Positions 12,359 to 24,194 of a stretch of 64,000 nucleotides of DNA are shown here, piece by piece (the stretch's first letter is position 1; every line of letters starts with the position of its first letter). The notes beneath the pieces are model-generated. The model made no database searches. It worked only from the letters and a program-made list of their open reading frames with translations, and was not told the DNA's origin. The translations under genes and the position numbers were made by a program. Source of the DNA: Escherichia coli (GTDB taxonomy: Bacteria > Pseudomonadota > Gammaproteobacteria > Enterobacterales > Enterobacteriaceae); the NCBI RefSeq assembly GCF_003334385.1, contig NZ_QOWN01000018.1; one strand, 5' to 3'.

Positions 12359-13516
12359 TTAACGGGCTGGTGCTTTATCGTTCTCACGCTTAACAACCGG
12401 TTTACCAGAGAACAAAAACTTCAGTAACGGGATGCGCAAATGAATTTCATACAGAATTATCGCAATCCCTACTACAAATATCAGGCCACAGAGAAAACCA
12501 AGCCAGTTGGAGGTGATGTGCGGTGTAATGTATGCGCCGAAAAACAGCGTTAACGGGTGGTGAACCAGATAGATAAACAGCGATGCGTTAACAAAATAAG
12601 TCACCCGCGCTGACTGGAAGTTAAGCAAACGGTGGCCAAAGGAGAAGACCACATTCACCATCCACAGACCGAGGACCATGGTGATCACCGACTCGGTTTC
12701 GTACATCCAGGCATCGCCACTGCCATAGCGCTGGTTGAGTAAATAAGCGACAAACGCCAATGCTGCTGCAAGGGTACAGCCACGAGACGGCGTGGTAAAC
12801 AAGGCTTTAAGATGAGGGAAAATGAAAGCCAGTGCGCCGAGGATAAAGAACGGCAAATAAAACAGCGTTTGCATGACAATAAAATTGAACATGCCATTAC
12901 TCAGAATGGGCGGATACACAATAAAAATCGTTCTTCTTATTACCGCATAACCGATGCCGAGGCATAAAAAAATCACCGATAGTTTTACCATCGAGAATTT
13001 TTTATTCGTTTTATCAGAATTTTCTAAATTATTTCTGATGCGCTTAAATATCCATACGCACAGCGTCGTCATGACCACTAACACCAGTAAAAACCACAGG
13101 TGTGATATTAATTCCCAGGCCAACGTATTATATTTGTCATACAATGACAGCCCAGGCCAACTTTCCGCTTTTCCTTTGACATATTGCAGCATAATAAATT
13201 GCGGTAATGTCAGTAGGGGGATGGCTGTTAACATCGGGATACCTACACGTTCGACACGTACTTTCCACCATTTTTTCAAGGGATAGCGTAAAAAAAGCAT
13301 GTAGGAAAAGTAGCCGGATATAACGAAAAATACCTGCATGCGGAACGAGTGGATGAAGTCATTAAAAAGGGTCAGCCACAATGATGATTCGGCGCTATTC
13401 ACATGCCATGTATGGCTCGAATAGATTAAAGAAATATGAAAAGGTATCCCTAACAACATCAGCCAGGCGCGGATGGAGTCGAGGAAATATTCACGTTGCG
13501 CGGGTACTGGGTTCAT
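12359..13516 (-). CDS. opgC: osmoregulated periplasmic glucan succinyltransferase (acyltransferase_3 family)
   Basis: 385-aa polytopic ORF. Matches MdoC/OpgC. Confidence 0.92.
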   Translation of the reverse strand: MNPVPAQREYFLDSIRAWLMLLGIPFHISLIYSSHTWHVNSAESSLWLTLFNDFIHSFRMQVFFVISGYFSYMLFLRYPLKKWWKVRVERVGIPMLTAIPLLTLPQFIMLQYVKGKAESWPGLSLYDKYNTLAWELISHLWFLLVLVVMTTLCVWIFKRIRNNLENSDKTNKKFSMVKLSVIFLCLGIGYAVIRRTIFIVYPPILSNGMFNFIVMQTLFYLPFFILGALAFIFPHLKALFTTPSRGCTLAAALAFVAYLLNQRYGSGDAWMYETESVITMVLGLWMVNVVFSFGHRLLNFQSARVTYFVNASLFIYLVHHPLTLFFGAYITPHITSNWLGFLCGLIFVVGIAIILYEIHLRIPLLKFLFSGKPVVKRENDKAPAR

Positions 13517-13798
13517 ATATGGTTAACTAATCTCGGATTTTTCGTCTTATCCCTGTCGGGTTATGCCTTTAGGCTTGTTGCCATAGTGACACCGACCTGA
13601 CCGCGCCAGGCGCAGGCTTCAAGGTTTTTATGCATAGCATCATCGCTACCACTAACCAGAATGGAAGCGTCTGTAAGACGGTTGATAAATAAATTTGCTG
13701 GCAAACCCTACACGAAGTCGATGCTTCTGTCTTTAGGAGAAGCACGGAAAGTGAAAACGGTTGCAATCAGGTGCTTAATCCATGAGCCAGCGTGCTGA

Positions 13799-17981
<4,183 letters not shown>

Positions 17982-17991
17982 AAACGTAGTT

Positions 17992-18090
17992 GCCTGATGC
18001 GCTACGCTTATCAGGCCTACATCGTTCCTGCAATTTATTGATTTTGCAAGACTTTGTGGGTCGGATAAGGCGTTCACGCCGCATCCGGCA
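17992..18090. repeat. REP/BIME elements
   Basis: GCCTGATGCGCTACGCTTATCAGGCCTAC and GTCGGATAAGGCGTTCACGCCGCATCCGGCA are classic REP palindromes. Confidence 0.9.
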
Positions 18091-18110
18091 AAAACAACGA
18101 GCCAATAAAA

Positions 18111-18137
18111 ATACCGGCGTTATGCCGGTATTTTTTT
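18111..18137 (+). terminator. rho-independent terminator downstream of opgGH
   Basis: ATACCGGC-GTTAT-GCCGGTAT followed by T7. Confidence 0.75.
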
Positions 18138-18153
18138 ACGAAAGAGGTATCAA

Positions 18154-18381
18154 ATGCGTTTAATTGTGGTGAGCATCATGGTGACCTTGCTGAGTGGCTG
18201 TGGCAGCATTATTAGTCGCACTATACCGGGGCAGGGGCATGGCAACCAATATTATCCCGGTGTGCAATGGGATGTGCGTGACTCCGCCTGGCGTTATGTC
18301 ACGATCCTTGATCTGCCATTCTCTCTGGTTTTTGATACTTTACTGCTGCCGATCGACATTCATCATGGCCCGTATGAGTGA
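18154..18381 (+). CDS. yceK: small lipoprotein
   Basis: 75-aa ORF with lipobox LLSGC. Confidence 0.9.
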   Translation: MRLIVVSIMVTLLSGCGSIISRTIPGQGHGNQYYPGVQWDVRDSAWRYVTILDLPFSLVFDTLLLPIDIHHGPYE

Positions 18382-18756
18382 TTAACGTTCATCCCACTCA
18401 TCAGCTGCTGCGCGTCCTTCCTCGGTATCCAGCGGTGGCTCAAGCTGAAATTCCCCCTCGTCCCATTCATGTAATGTATTCTCTTCCTGCCACTCCTGGC
18501 GTATCTCTATCTCATCATAGTCGCCATCAAAAACACTTTGCGCGGCTTCACCGCTAAGCATAGGTAAACATTCACCTTCTTCCCCTTCGTCGGCAAAAAA
18601 CTCAACTTGCCACATGATGTCGCCGTCCTGCAAAACGTATTTTTGGGCATTGAACTGTTGCACATTCGCATCTTCGGCGTCGATGCCGGGGTTGTCTGCA
18701 AGAAATTCTTCGCGTGCAGCGTCAATGGCTTCTTCAAGCGTTGCGTACATGGTCAT
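18382..18756 (-). CDS. msyB: highly acidic protein (secY suppressor)
   Basis: Start at ATG 18756 (MTMYATLEEAIDAAREEF, 124 aa). Confidence 0.93.
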   Translation of the reverse strand: MTMYATLEEAIDAAREEFLADNPGIDAEDANVQQFNAQKYVLQDGDIMWQVEFFADEGEEGECLPMLSGEAAQSVFDGDYDEIEIRQEWQEENTLHEWDEGEFQLEPPLDTEEGRAAADEWDER

Positions 18757-18838
18757 CACGATTCTCCCTTTGAGTTGATGAGGTTTCAGGGAAAAGGATA
18801 GCTGATTCTCCGCTTTTGCAAGTATGAAAGGCGAAAAA

Positions 18839-19885
18839 TCAGTTCGATACCTGGGGTATTCGACGACGACGTAGACTGTTCCATGAATAGACTGCGTTGA
18901 ATAACACTACGCCAGCGGTGACGAGAAATACCGCTCTGAAACCGTAGTTCGCTGAAATCGCTGCTCCCATCAATGGTCCGGTAACGTTGCCAATATCACG
19001 AAACGATTGGTTATAGCTGAAGATACGCCCGGCGATCTGGTTGCTCGAGTTGTAAACCAACAGTGTCTGTACGGCGGGGAGTAGTGCACCATCGGCGGCA
19101 CCGAGCAAAAAACGTAAAATCCCAAGTTGCAATGGCGTCTGAACGTAAGACATTGGGATCAACAGCAGTACAGAAAAGATCAGCGCTGTAATCAGGATCT
19201 TTTCGGGTCCGATTCGATCGCCAAGTTTGCCGAGTCGTGGTGCACTTAGCAGAGCCGCCACGCCTGGCACCGAGGCGATCATGCCACTGATAAAGGCGAC
19301 GTTACTGACGTTACCCGCCAGTTCGCGGACATACAGCGTCAGAATGGGGGCAATTGAGCCCGTCGCCACCTGGATGATTAACGTAGTGACAAACAGGCTG
19401 AGTACCAGTTTCGGGTTTTTAAGTGATGTCACCACTTCCCGCATGTGCAGCATCTCTTTTTTGCTGACCGGCTGGAATTTTTCTCTGATGCAAAACAGGG
19501 TGACGAAAAAGCAGAGTATGAGCACACTGGCGGTAATAAAGAATACCGGACGTAAGCCGTAGCTATCGGCGAGCAGGCCGCCAGCCATTGGGCCGAGCAA
19601 CGCACCACTAACGCCGCCTGTGGAGAGCGTACCCAGCGCCCAGCCGCTTTTATTACGCGGTACTTGTGTGGCGATAAGAGCATTAGCGTTGGGGACAAAT
19701 CCGCCAAGTAACCCAAGAAGCGCCCGCAGGATCAAAAACTGCCAGATATTTTGTGCCAGCCCCATCAACACCATCACGATGCCCATGCCGAGGGCAGAGC
19801 GTAATAGCATGAGTTTTCGGCCTTTACGGTCGGCGAGTCCACCCCAAAACGGTGAGGCGATGGCCGAAAATAAAAATGTAATGCT
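18839..19885 (-). pseudogene. mdtG: mdtG 3-prime portion (MFS efflux transporter) cut off from its start by the insertion
   Basis: The frame reads ...[34 protein letters not shown]... to stop at 18839. It continues the 62-codon N-terminal piece at 31260-31441. Upstream of 19885 the frame hits a stop inside foreign DNA. Confidence 0.93.
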
Positions 19886-19907
19886 GATATTTGTTCCCTA
19901 AATACAC
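19864..19907. other. attL-type junction: mdtG arm / shared CTGA (proposed CT core 19884-19885) / element arm GATATTTGTTCCCTAAATACAC
   Basis: The host reading frame is lost within 19881-19887. The same CTGA occurs at the other junction (31260-31263). Confidence 0.75.
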
Positions 19908-20048
19908 CATGAGAACATACCTGTTAATAACAGGACAATATCAGGTGAATGATTATGCAATTCAACGGTGTTTTTCCAAGTATCTAAGCAGTTTTACACA
20001 GATTCTATGCAGTATCGGTATAGTCTCTTTTTAGCATAACTTATTGAT

Positions 20049-20080
20049 ATCTATAAAGAATCTGTGAAGTCTCTTTTCAG
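20049..20080 (+). repeat. left copy of a roughly 32-bp direct repeat ATCTATAAAG-A-ATCTGTGAAG-TCTCTTTTCAG flanking the small recombinase gene
   Basis: Aligns with 21162-21191 (ATCTTTAAAG-T-ATCTGTAAAG-ACTTTTAAG), about 25 of 32 positions, same orientation. Degenerate extra copies lie at about 20022-20037, 21127-21140 and 21229-21254. Confidence 0.7.
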
Positions 20081-20287
20081 GGTAAACTGTATCGTGTTAG
20101 TCGTCCCTCTCTCGACTCCTAGAAAAGTGCTATATACAGGGCTATATAACGATATATAGATAGTTGGTCACATGGTGTAACTATCAAGAAACTTAACGAT
20201 TTCCTACGTGAAAGTTAGAAAGTGATGGTTATAGTTACCCTCCTAAAATCTTCATAGCTCCTTCATAACCAGTCTTAAAAGGACTTC

Positions 20288-20393
20288 CTTATGAGACACT
20301 TTCAACGTAACGGTAGAATGCACCTTCCAAGTGTCTCATAAGCTTGTTTTTGAATTATGAGACAGCTAAACTTATGAGACCAACTTTTGAGAC
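20288..20393 (+). promoter_or_regulatory. cluster of five TTATGAGAC-type boxes, including a perfect 14-bp inverted repeat, directly upstream of the small serine recombinase gene
   Basis: Boxes lie at 20289-20297, 20333-20341 (inverted), 20355-20363, 20372-20380 and 20385-20393 (TTTTGAGAC). CTTATGAGACACTT (20288-20301) is the exact reverse complement of 20329-20342. A possible weak promoter TTGAAT-17-TATGAG overlaps the boxes. Confidence 0.6.
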
Positions 20394-20408
20394 TTCTTAG
20401 GGGGATGT

Positions 20409-20957
20409 ATGGCGGTGATTGGTTATTGCAGGGTATCAACACAAGACCAGACTGTAGACAACCAGAAACTACAGATAGAGAAGGTTCACAAGGTCGATAA
20501 ATGGTTTATTGATGAGGCTGTCTCAGGAGCTACAAAGGCCACCAGCAGAGATGGTTTTAGAGACATGATGAACTATGTAAGGTGTGACGATACGTTAGTT
20601 GTGGTAGCTATTGACCGTTTAGGGCGTAATACCGTTGATGTGCTCTCTAACGTGGAGGCACTACAGACTAAAGGTGTGAGGGTTGTTTCTCTACGTGAAG
20701 GTTTCGACTTATTAACACCAATCGGTAGAGCAATGCTTACTATGATGGCTGGTTTAGCTGACCTTGAAAAAGACCTTATCAGTGAACGTAGAAAGGCTGG
20801 TATTGAACGTGCTAAAGCTGAAGGGGTTCACATGGGGAGACCTGTAAAAGCTTCTTCAGAGACTGTAAAGATGCTTATCTCACAAGGTAAAACGAGGTTG
20901 CAGATTCAGGAAGAGCTAGGAATCTCTAGAGCAACTTATTACAGACTTGCTAAATAA
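20409..20957 (+). CDS. small serine recombinase (resolvase/invertase family) with C-terminal HTH
   Basis: 182 aa. N-terminal IGYCRVSTQDQ catalytic-serine motif, DRLGRN, and C-terminal GRP...GISRATYYRL HTH. AGGGGGA RBS 5 nt upstream. Confidence 0.9.
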   Translation: MAVIGYCRVSTQDQTVDNQKLQIEKVHKVDKWFIDEAVSGATKATSRDGFRDMMNYVRCDDTLVVVAIDRLGRNTVDVLSNVEALQTKGVRVVSLREGFDLLTPIGRAMLTMMAGLADLEKDLISERRKAGIERAKAEGVHMGRPVKASSETVKMLISQGKTRLQIQEELGISRATYYRLAK

Positions 20958-21161
20958 GTTACTGAATAGTTACATGGATGTAGCTGATATTTGGCTTTTT
21001 TGCAAAGGGGGTCACATAGCTGGTGTGACGGGTACTTAGCAGGTATAGACCTGTGATAGATATTTTCGAAGATTCGGGGAAGATGAGATTCAAAGAGGGC
21101 TAGTCATTTTTTATAAAAATTTTCAGAATCTGAAAAGTTACTGTACAGAATATATACAGAC

Positions 21162-21191
21162 ATCTTTAAAGTATCTGTAAAGACTTTTAAG
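21162..21191 (+). repeat. right copy of the direct repeat flanking the small recombinase gene
   Basis: See 20049-20080. Confidence 0.7.
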
Positions 21192-21300
21192 ATAAAAGAT
21201 AGATATCCAGAAAGGATATCCGTTTAGAAAGACTGTTAAGTATCTCTTAAAAGAGAGTAAACCTTGTCAATAGTGATTGCAATAAAAATTTTTATTTCTT

Positions 21301-21963
21301 ATGTCAATTGAGCATATTTTAATCGGGAAGCATCATGGGGGTTCTGATTACTGGAGAACTCCATTTTTGTTATTTAAGAATCTAAACTGTGAATATATTT
21401 TCACGCTGGATGGTGCTGCAACTAAGCACGATACGTTATTACCCCGCTTTACGGATGATATTCACAATCAATCGTGGATTGGCGAAAGGGTGTTCTGTAA
21501 CCCGCCGTACAGCGATATTCCGTCGTTCCTCATAAAAGCGTCTGAGGCAGATTTAGCGGTATTCCTGATACCGTATAGAGCCAACACCAGCTACTGGCTT
21601 AGGCACATTTACAGCAATAACCACTGTCATGAAATCCGTATTCTTCATCGTGCAGTTAAATACCTTCCACCAGCAGGCCATAACGGGCTTACTATTCGTT
21701 CACCGTTTCCAAGTGCAGTCATTGTTTTTAAAAAAGAACCACGCAGGCATGAAATTACGCAGATGATTTGCTGTGCTGATACATTGCTACCGTTAACCAT
21801 CATTAACAGAGGAGGCTTAAGAGGAAGACCCACCATTTACCCACCTGAGACGCTCGACAGCTTCATAAAACTATACAGGCAAGGAAAACCCATTAAGTGC
21901 ATTGCAGATGCTCTCAGAATGCCTCTGAGCACGTCATACAGGATTGCGCAAAGGTTGAGCTAA
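21301..21963 (+). CDS. phage-type DNA N6-adenine methyltransferase (NPPY motif) fused to a resolvase-type C-terminal HTH
   Basis: 220 aa. SDYWRTPFLLF...LDGAA...VFCNPPYS is typical of the phage Dam-like family. The C-terminus GRPTIYPPETLDSFIKLYRQGKPIKCIADALRMPLSTSYRI resembles the DNA-binding tail of resolvases. No obvious SD, so the start is uncertain. Confidence 0.7.
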   Translation: MSIEHILIGKHHGGSDYWRTPFLLFKNLNCEYIFTLDGAATKHDTLLPRFTDDIHNQSWIGERVFCNPPYSDIPSFLIKASEADLAVFLIPYRANTSYWLRHIYSNNHCHEIRILHRAVKYLPPAGHNGLTIRSPFPSAVIVFKKEPRRHEITQMICCADTLLPLTIINRGGLRGRPTIYPPETLDSFIKLYRQGKPIKCIADALRMPLSTSYRIAQRLS

Positions 21964-22067
21964 AATTCTCATAAATATGGTCATTTACAAGACAGGTGAT
22001 TCAGATATTAAGAAGTATCCCTGTGAACAATAAATGACCAATCAGTAATTATTCTGTGAAATAATTG

Positions 22068-22096
22068 TTGCAATTTATAATCACATCTGTTATAGT
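22068..22096 (+). promoter_or_regulatory. sigma70-type promoter TTGCAA-17-TATAGT upstream of the replication gene leader
   Basis: Hexamers at 22068-22073 and 22091-22096 with a 17-nt spacer. Confidence 0.55.
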
Positions 22097-22274
22097 TTCT
22101 ATATGGGCTGATAAAAAAGTTCATGTCTTGAAGTGGTAACACTTGGGGAGGTGTCAGATGGTTGGCGTATAAAACCTCTCATTCATGGTATACCTCAGCG
22201 TTTTAATCATCGTACTGTTTCAGGCATGGACTTCTTTATCAGTCCATCAATCCCCCAGATATTTTAATCACACA

Positions 22275-22304
22275 GGCTAATCGGTTTTATCCGGTTGGCC
22301 TTTT
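22275..22304 (+). terminator. terminator-like hairpin (possible attenuator, or end of a roughly 200-nt leader RNA) 20 nt before the rep start
   Basis: GGCTAATCGG-TTTTAT-CCGGTTGGCC (10-bp stem with two G-U pairs) followed by TTTT. Confidence 0.5.
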
Positions 22305-22325
22305 CACATATGAGGTATTTTATGA

Positions 22326-23294
22326 ATGAAAAAAGAAACTAATGCTTTTATTATGGTAGATAAACGAGTTGCACAATTCCCTAAAACATTAAAGCCAATT
22401 GACCGCTTGGTATATTTCACTATGCTGGATGGTGCTGATTATTACGAATCTAAGTTCGGGAGATATGCACCAAGTATTGACTATTTGATGGTTATGTCTG
22501 GTGCTACACGTAATACAGTTATTGACTCTCTGAAAAGACTTGAGTCACACAGGCTTATTGAGAAGACCAATATCAAAGGGCAGCAAAGTATTTTTAAAGT
22601 ATTCACGTTAGATGAGCGTCCAGAAGTCTTATCAGAACCTACCCTTGATGAGCGTCGTAGAGTCAAATTATCAGGTCAACCAGAATCTGACACTAACCCA
22701 ACCAAAAATTGGTTACCTACCCAACCAGAATTTGGTTACCTACCTAACCAGAAATTGGTTACATGTAATACTGAATATAAAGACAAAAATATAAAAACTA
22801 AAGAAGAAAGACTAAAAGGGAACTTTGAAGAAGAATCTCTTAAGAAGGGAGCTTCGCTCTGTGATTCACATGAATGTGATATTAAAGAAGATGACTTTCT
22901 TTCTTTGGATGAATTAAATGATTTTCTCTCTATGAATGAATCTGACCTTGATAGTGAAGCTACTAAAGAGGTCGTTAAAAAGGAAGATAAAATCTCTGAT
23001 GTGATTGCTAGTAGTGACCATAAAAACACACAGTGCCCCGCCACTGATGATGAGATGGACCCCTTCGATGATGATGAAGAGGATGAAGAGTCAGAACGTG
23101 AAAAAGCCATTAAGAGGGTAGAGAAGAAAAAGAGATTCGAGCTTGCAAGACAAAAGAACAAAGTATCGGGTTTAGACCCATTCGATGACAGTGAAGATGA
23201 TTATTATCTTTCACCGAGAAAGAAACAAACCCAGGATGACAAGAAGCAAAAAATTAAACCGAAGATGTATTTTGCTGGTGGAGGTATGCGCTAA
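22326..23294 (+). CDS. putative replication initiator (N-terminal winged-helix-like domain, iteron-encoding linker, acidic/Lys-rich C-terminus)
   Basis: 322 aa with GAGG RBS. Its architecture parallels lambda O: the origin iterons lie inside the gene. Function is inferred, not recognised by homology. Confidence 0.55.
   Translation: MKKETNAFIMVDKRVAQFPKTLKPIDRLVYFTMLDGADYYESKFGRYAPSIDYLMVMSGATRNTVIDSLKRLESHRLIEKTNIKGQQSIFKVFTLDERPEVLSEPTLDERRRVKLSGQPESDTNPTKNWLPTQPEFGYLPNQKLVTCNTEYKDKNIKTKEERLKGNFEEESLKKGASLCDSHECDIKEDDFLSLDELNDFLSMNESDLDSEATKEVVKKEDKISDVIASSDHKNTQCPATDDEMDPFDDDEEDEESEREKAIKRVEKKKRFELARQKNKVSGLDPFDDSEDDYYLSPRKKQTQDDKKQKIKPKMYFAGGGMR
22678..22810. other. putative origin of replication: half-iteron plus three 23-bp-spaced palindromic iterons AACCA-N5-TGGTT, then an AT-rich tract
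   Basis: AACCAAAAATTGGTT at 22700-22714, AACCAGAATTTGGTT at 22723-22737, AACCAGAAATTGGTT at 22746-22760, and a half-site AACCAGAAT at 22678. The A/T-rich run 22761-22810 follows. Confidence 0.65.
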
Positions 23295-23584
23295 TGAGAG
23301 AATATAACGGTGAAAAACGATACAAAGATTATCTATTAAGGCGCTACAGCATTTCTCGTGAAGGTCATCTTCTGAAAGATACTCATGGGGAGGTTTACCG
23401 GATTCGACCGAAGAAGGAAGGAAAGAATTATTTCTTTTTTGATGGTGTGACAGATTTAAAGATTGACGCTTTGAGGTTTGCAGTGCTGTATCATTATGAT
23501 ATCTGGGATTCGGTCCACCAGCTACGATTAAAAGACGGTGACCCCGGTAATCTGAGGGCCACCAATATCATCACAAAACGTTAG
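23294..23584 (+). CDS. small protein of unknown function (weak NUMOD4/HNH_3-like pattern)
   Basis: 96 aa, ATGA-type overlap with the rep stop. YSISREGHLL...LKDGDPGNLRATNI faintly recalls homing-endonuclease-associated DNA-binding modules. Confidence 0.45.
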   Translation: MREYNGEKRYKDYLLRRYSISREGHLLKDTHGEVYRIRPKKEGKNYFFFDGVTDLKIDALRFAVLYHYDIWDSVHQLRLKDGDPGNLRATNIITKR

Positions 23585-23766
23585 TTTGTTTTACCATCAT
23601 CAATCGTAATTGTGATTTCATATTTGAAAAGCTTAATGCTGAAATTGAATCGTGTACTTTTGGCGATAATCATTTTTAAAAGCTGATACACCAGAAGCAC
23701 CAGAAACACAAAGCAACCTAAGCTTGCGAATCTGTGAGATTCAGCAATTGTTTCAAGAAAGCCCAT
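23581..23766 (-). CDS. 61-aa single-pass membrane protein (toxin-, holin- or exclusion-like candidate)
   Basis: It has its own promoter TTGTCA-17-TATTAT and SD AAGGGGA. Hydrophobic core LGCFVFLVLLVYQLLKMII. It is the only minus-strand gene in the element besides the integrase. Confidence 0.5.
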   Translation of the reverse strand: MGFLETIAESHRFASLGCFVFLVLLVYQLLKMIIAKSTRFNFSIKLFKYEITITIDDGKTN

Positions 23767-23816
23767 TAATTCCCCTTATTTATCAAAGGGAATGACCTGT
23801 ATCAGCCCCTATAACC

Positions 23817-23867
23817 ATAATATCATGTAAATGAGATGTTGACAATATGTTAAATAAATGTTAAGAT
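23817..23867. promoter_or_regulatory. back-to-back divergent sigma70 promoters with overlapping -35 hexamers
   Basis: Plus strand: TTGACA (23839-23844)-17-TAAGAT (23862-23867). Minus strand: TTGTCA (complement of 23840-23845)-17-TATTAT (complement of 23817-23822). Confidence 0.65.
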
Positions 23868-23903
23868 TGTAGTATGAGTAAGAGATTTAAGGAGATTTTT
23901 ACA

Positions 23904-24194
23904 ATGACTCACACAGTTACGCGCCTTTTGCCAGAGGCATTTGAACGACTGGCAGCAATCAAAGCCAAATACCCTGATATGAAGCACACGGCGCTTGTTG
24001 GAGAGCTTTTAAAAGAGTCGGTAGCCCTGACCCCTTTCGATAACGTTAAGGGCGTTGCAGAGGGTTCTAAGGCCATCAGAATCACAACAGGCCAACTGGA
24101 ACTACTCAAAGCGCAGTCCGCAGTAGCAGGTTGCTCAATGATTCAGGTGTTAAGCACTAAGGTTCATCAACTGGCGGATAAATTGGAGGTTTAA
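23904..24194 (+). CDS. putative tandem ribbon-helix-helix DNA-binding protein
   Basis: AAGGAG RBS 9 nt before ATG 23904 (the ORF track start 23874 is less likely). Two beta-alpha-alpha-like segments: HTVTRLLPEAFERLAAIKAKY... and AIRITTGQLELLKAQSAVAG.... Confidence 0.5.
   Translation: MTHTVTRLLPEAFERLAAIKAKYPDMKHTALVGELLKESVALTPFDNVKGVAEGSKAIRITTGQLELLKAQSAVAGCSMIQVLSTKVHQLADKLEV

Noticed and set aside
22736-23161. 141-aa Ser-rich ORF on the minus strand inside the putative rep gene
   Set aside because: It is a mirror-frame artefact of the acidic (GAA/GAT-rich) C-terminal coding region of the plus-strand gene.
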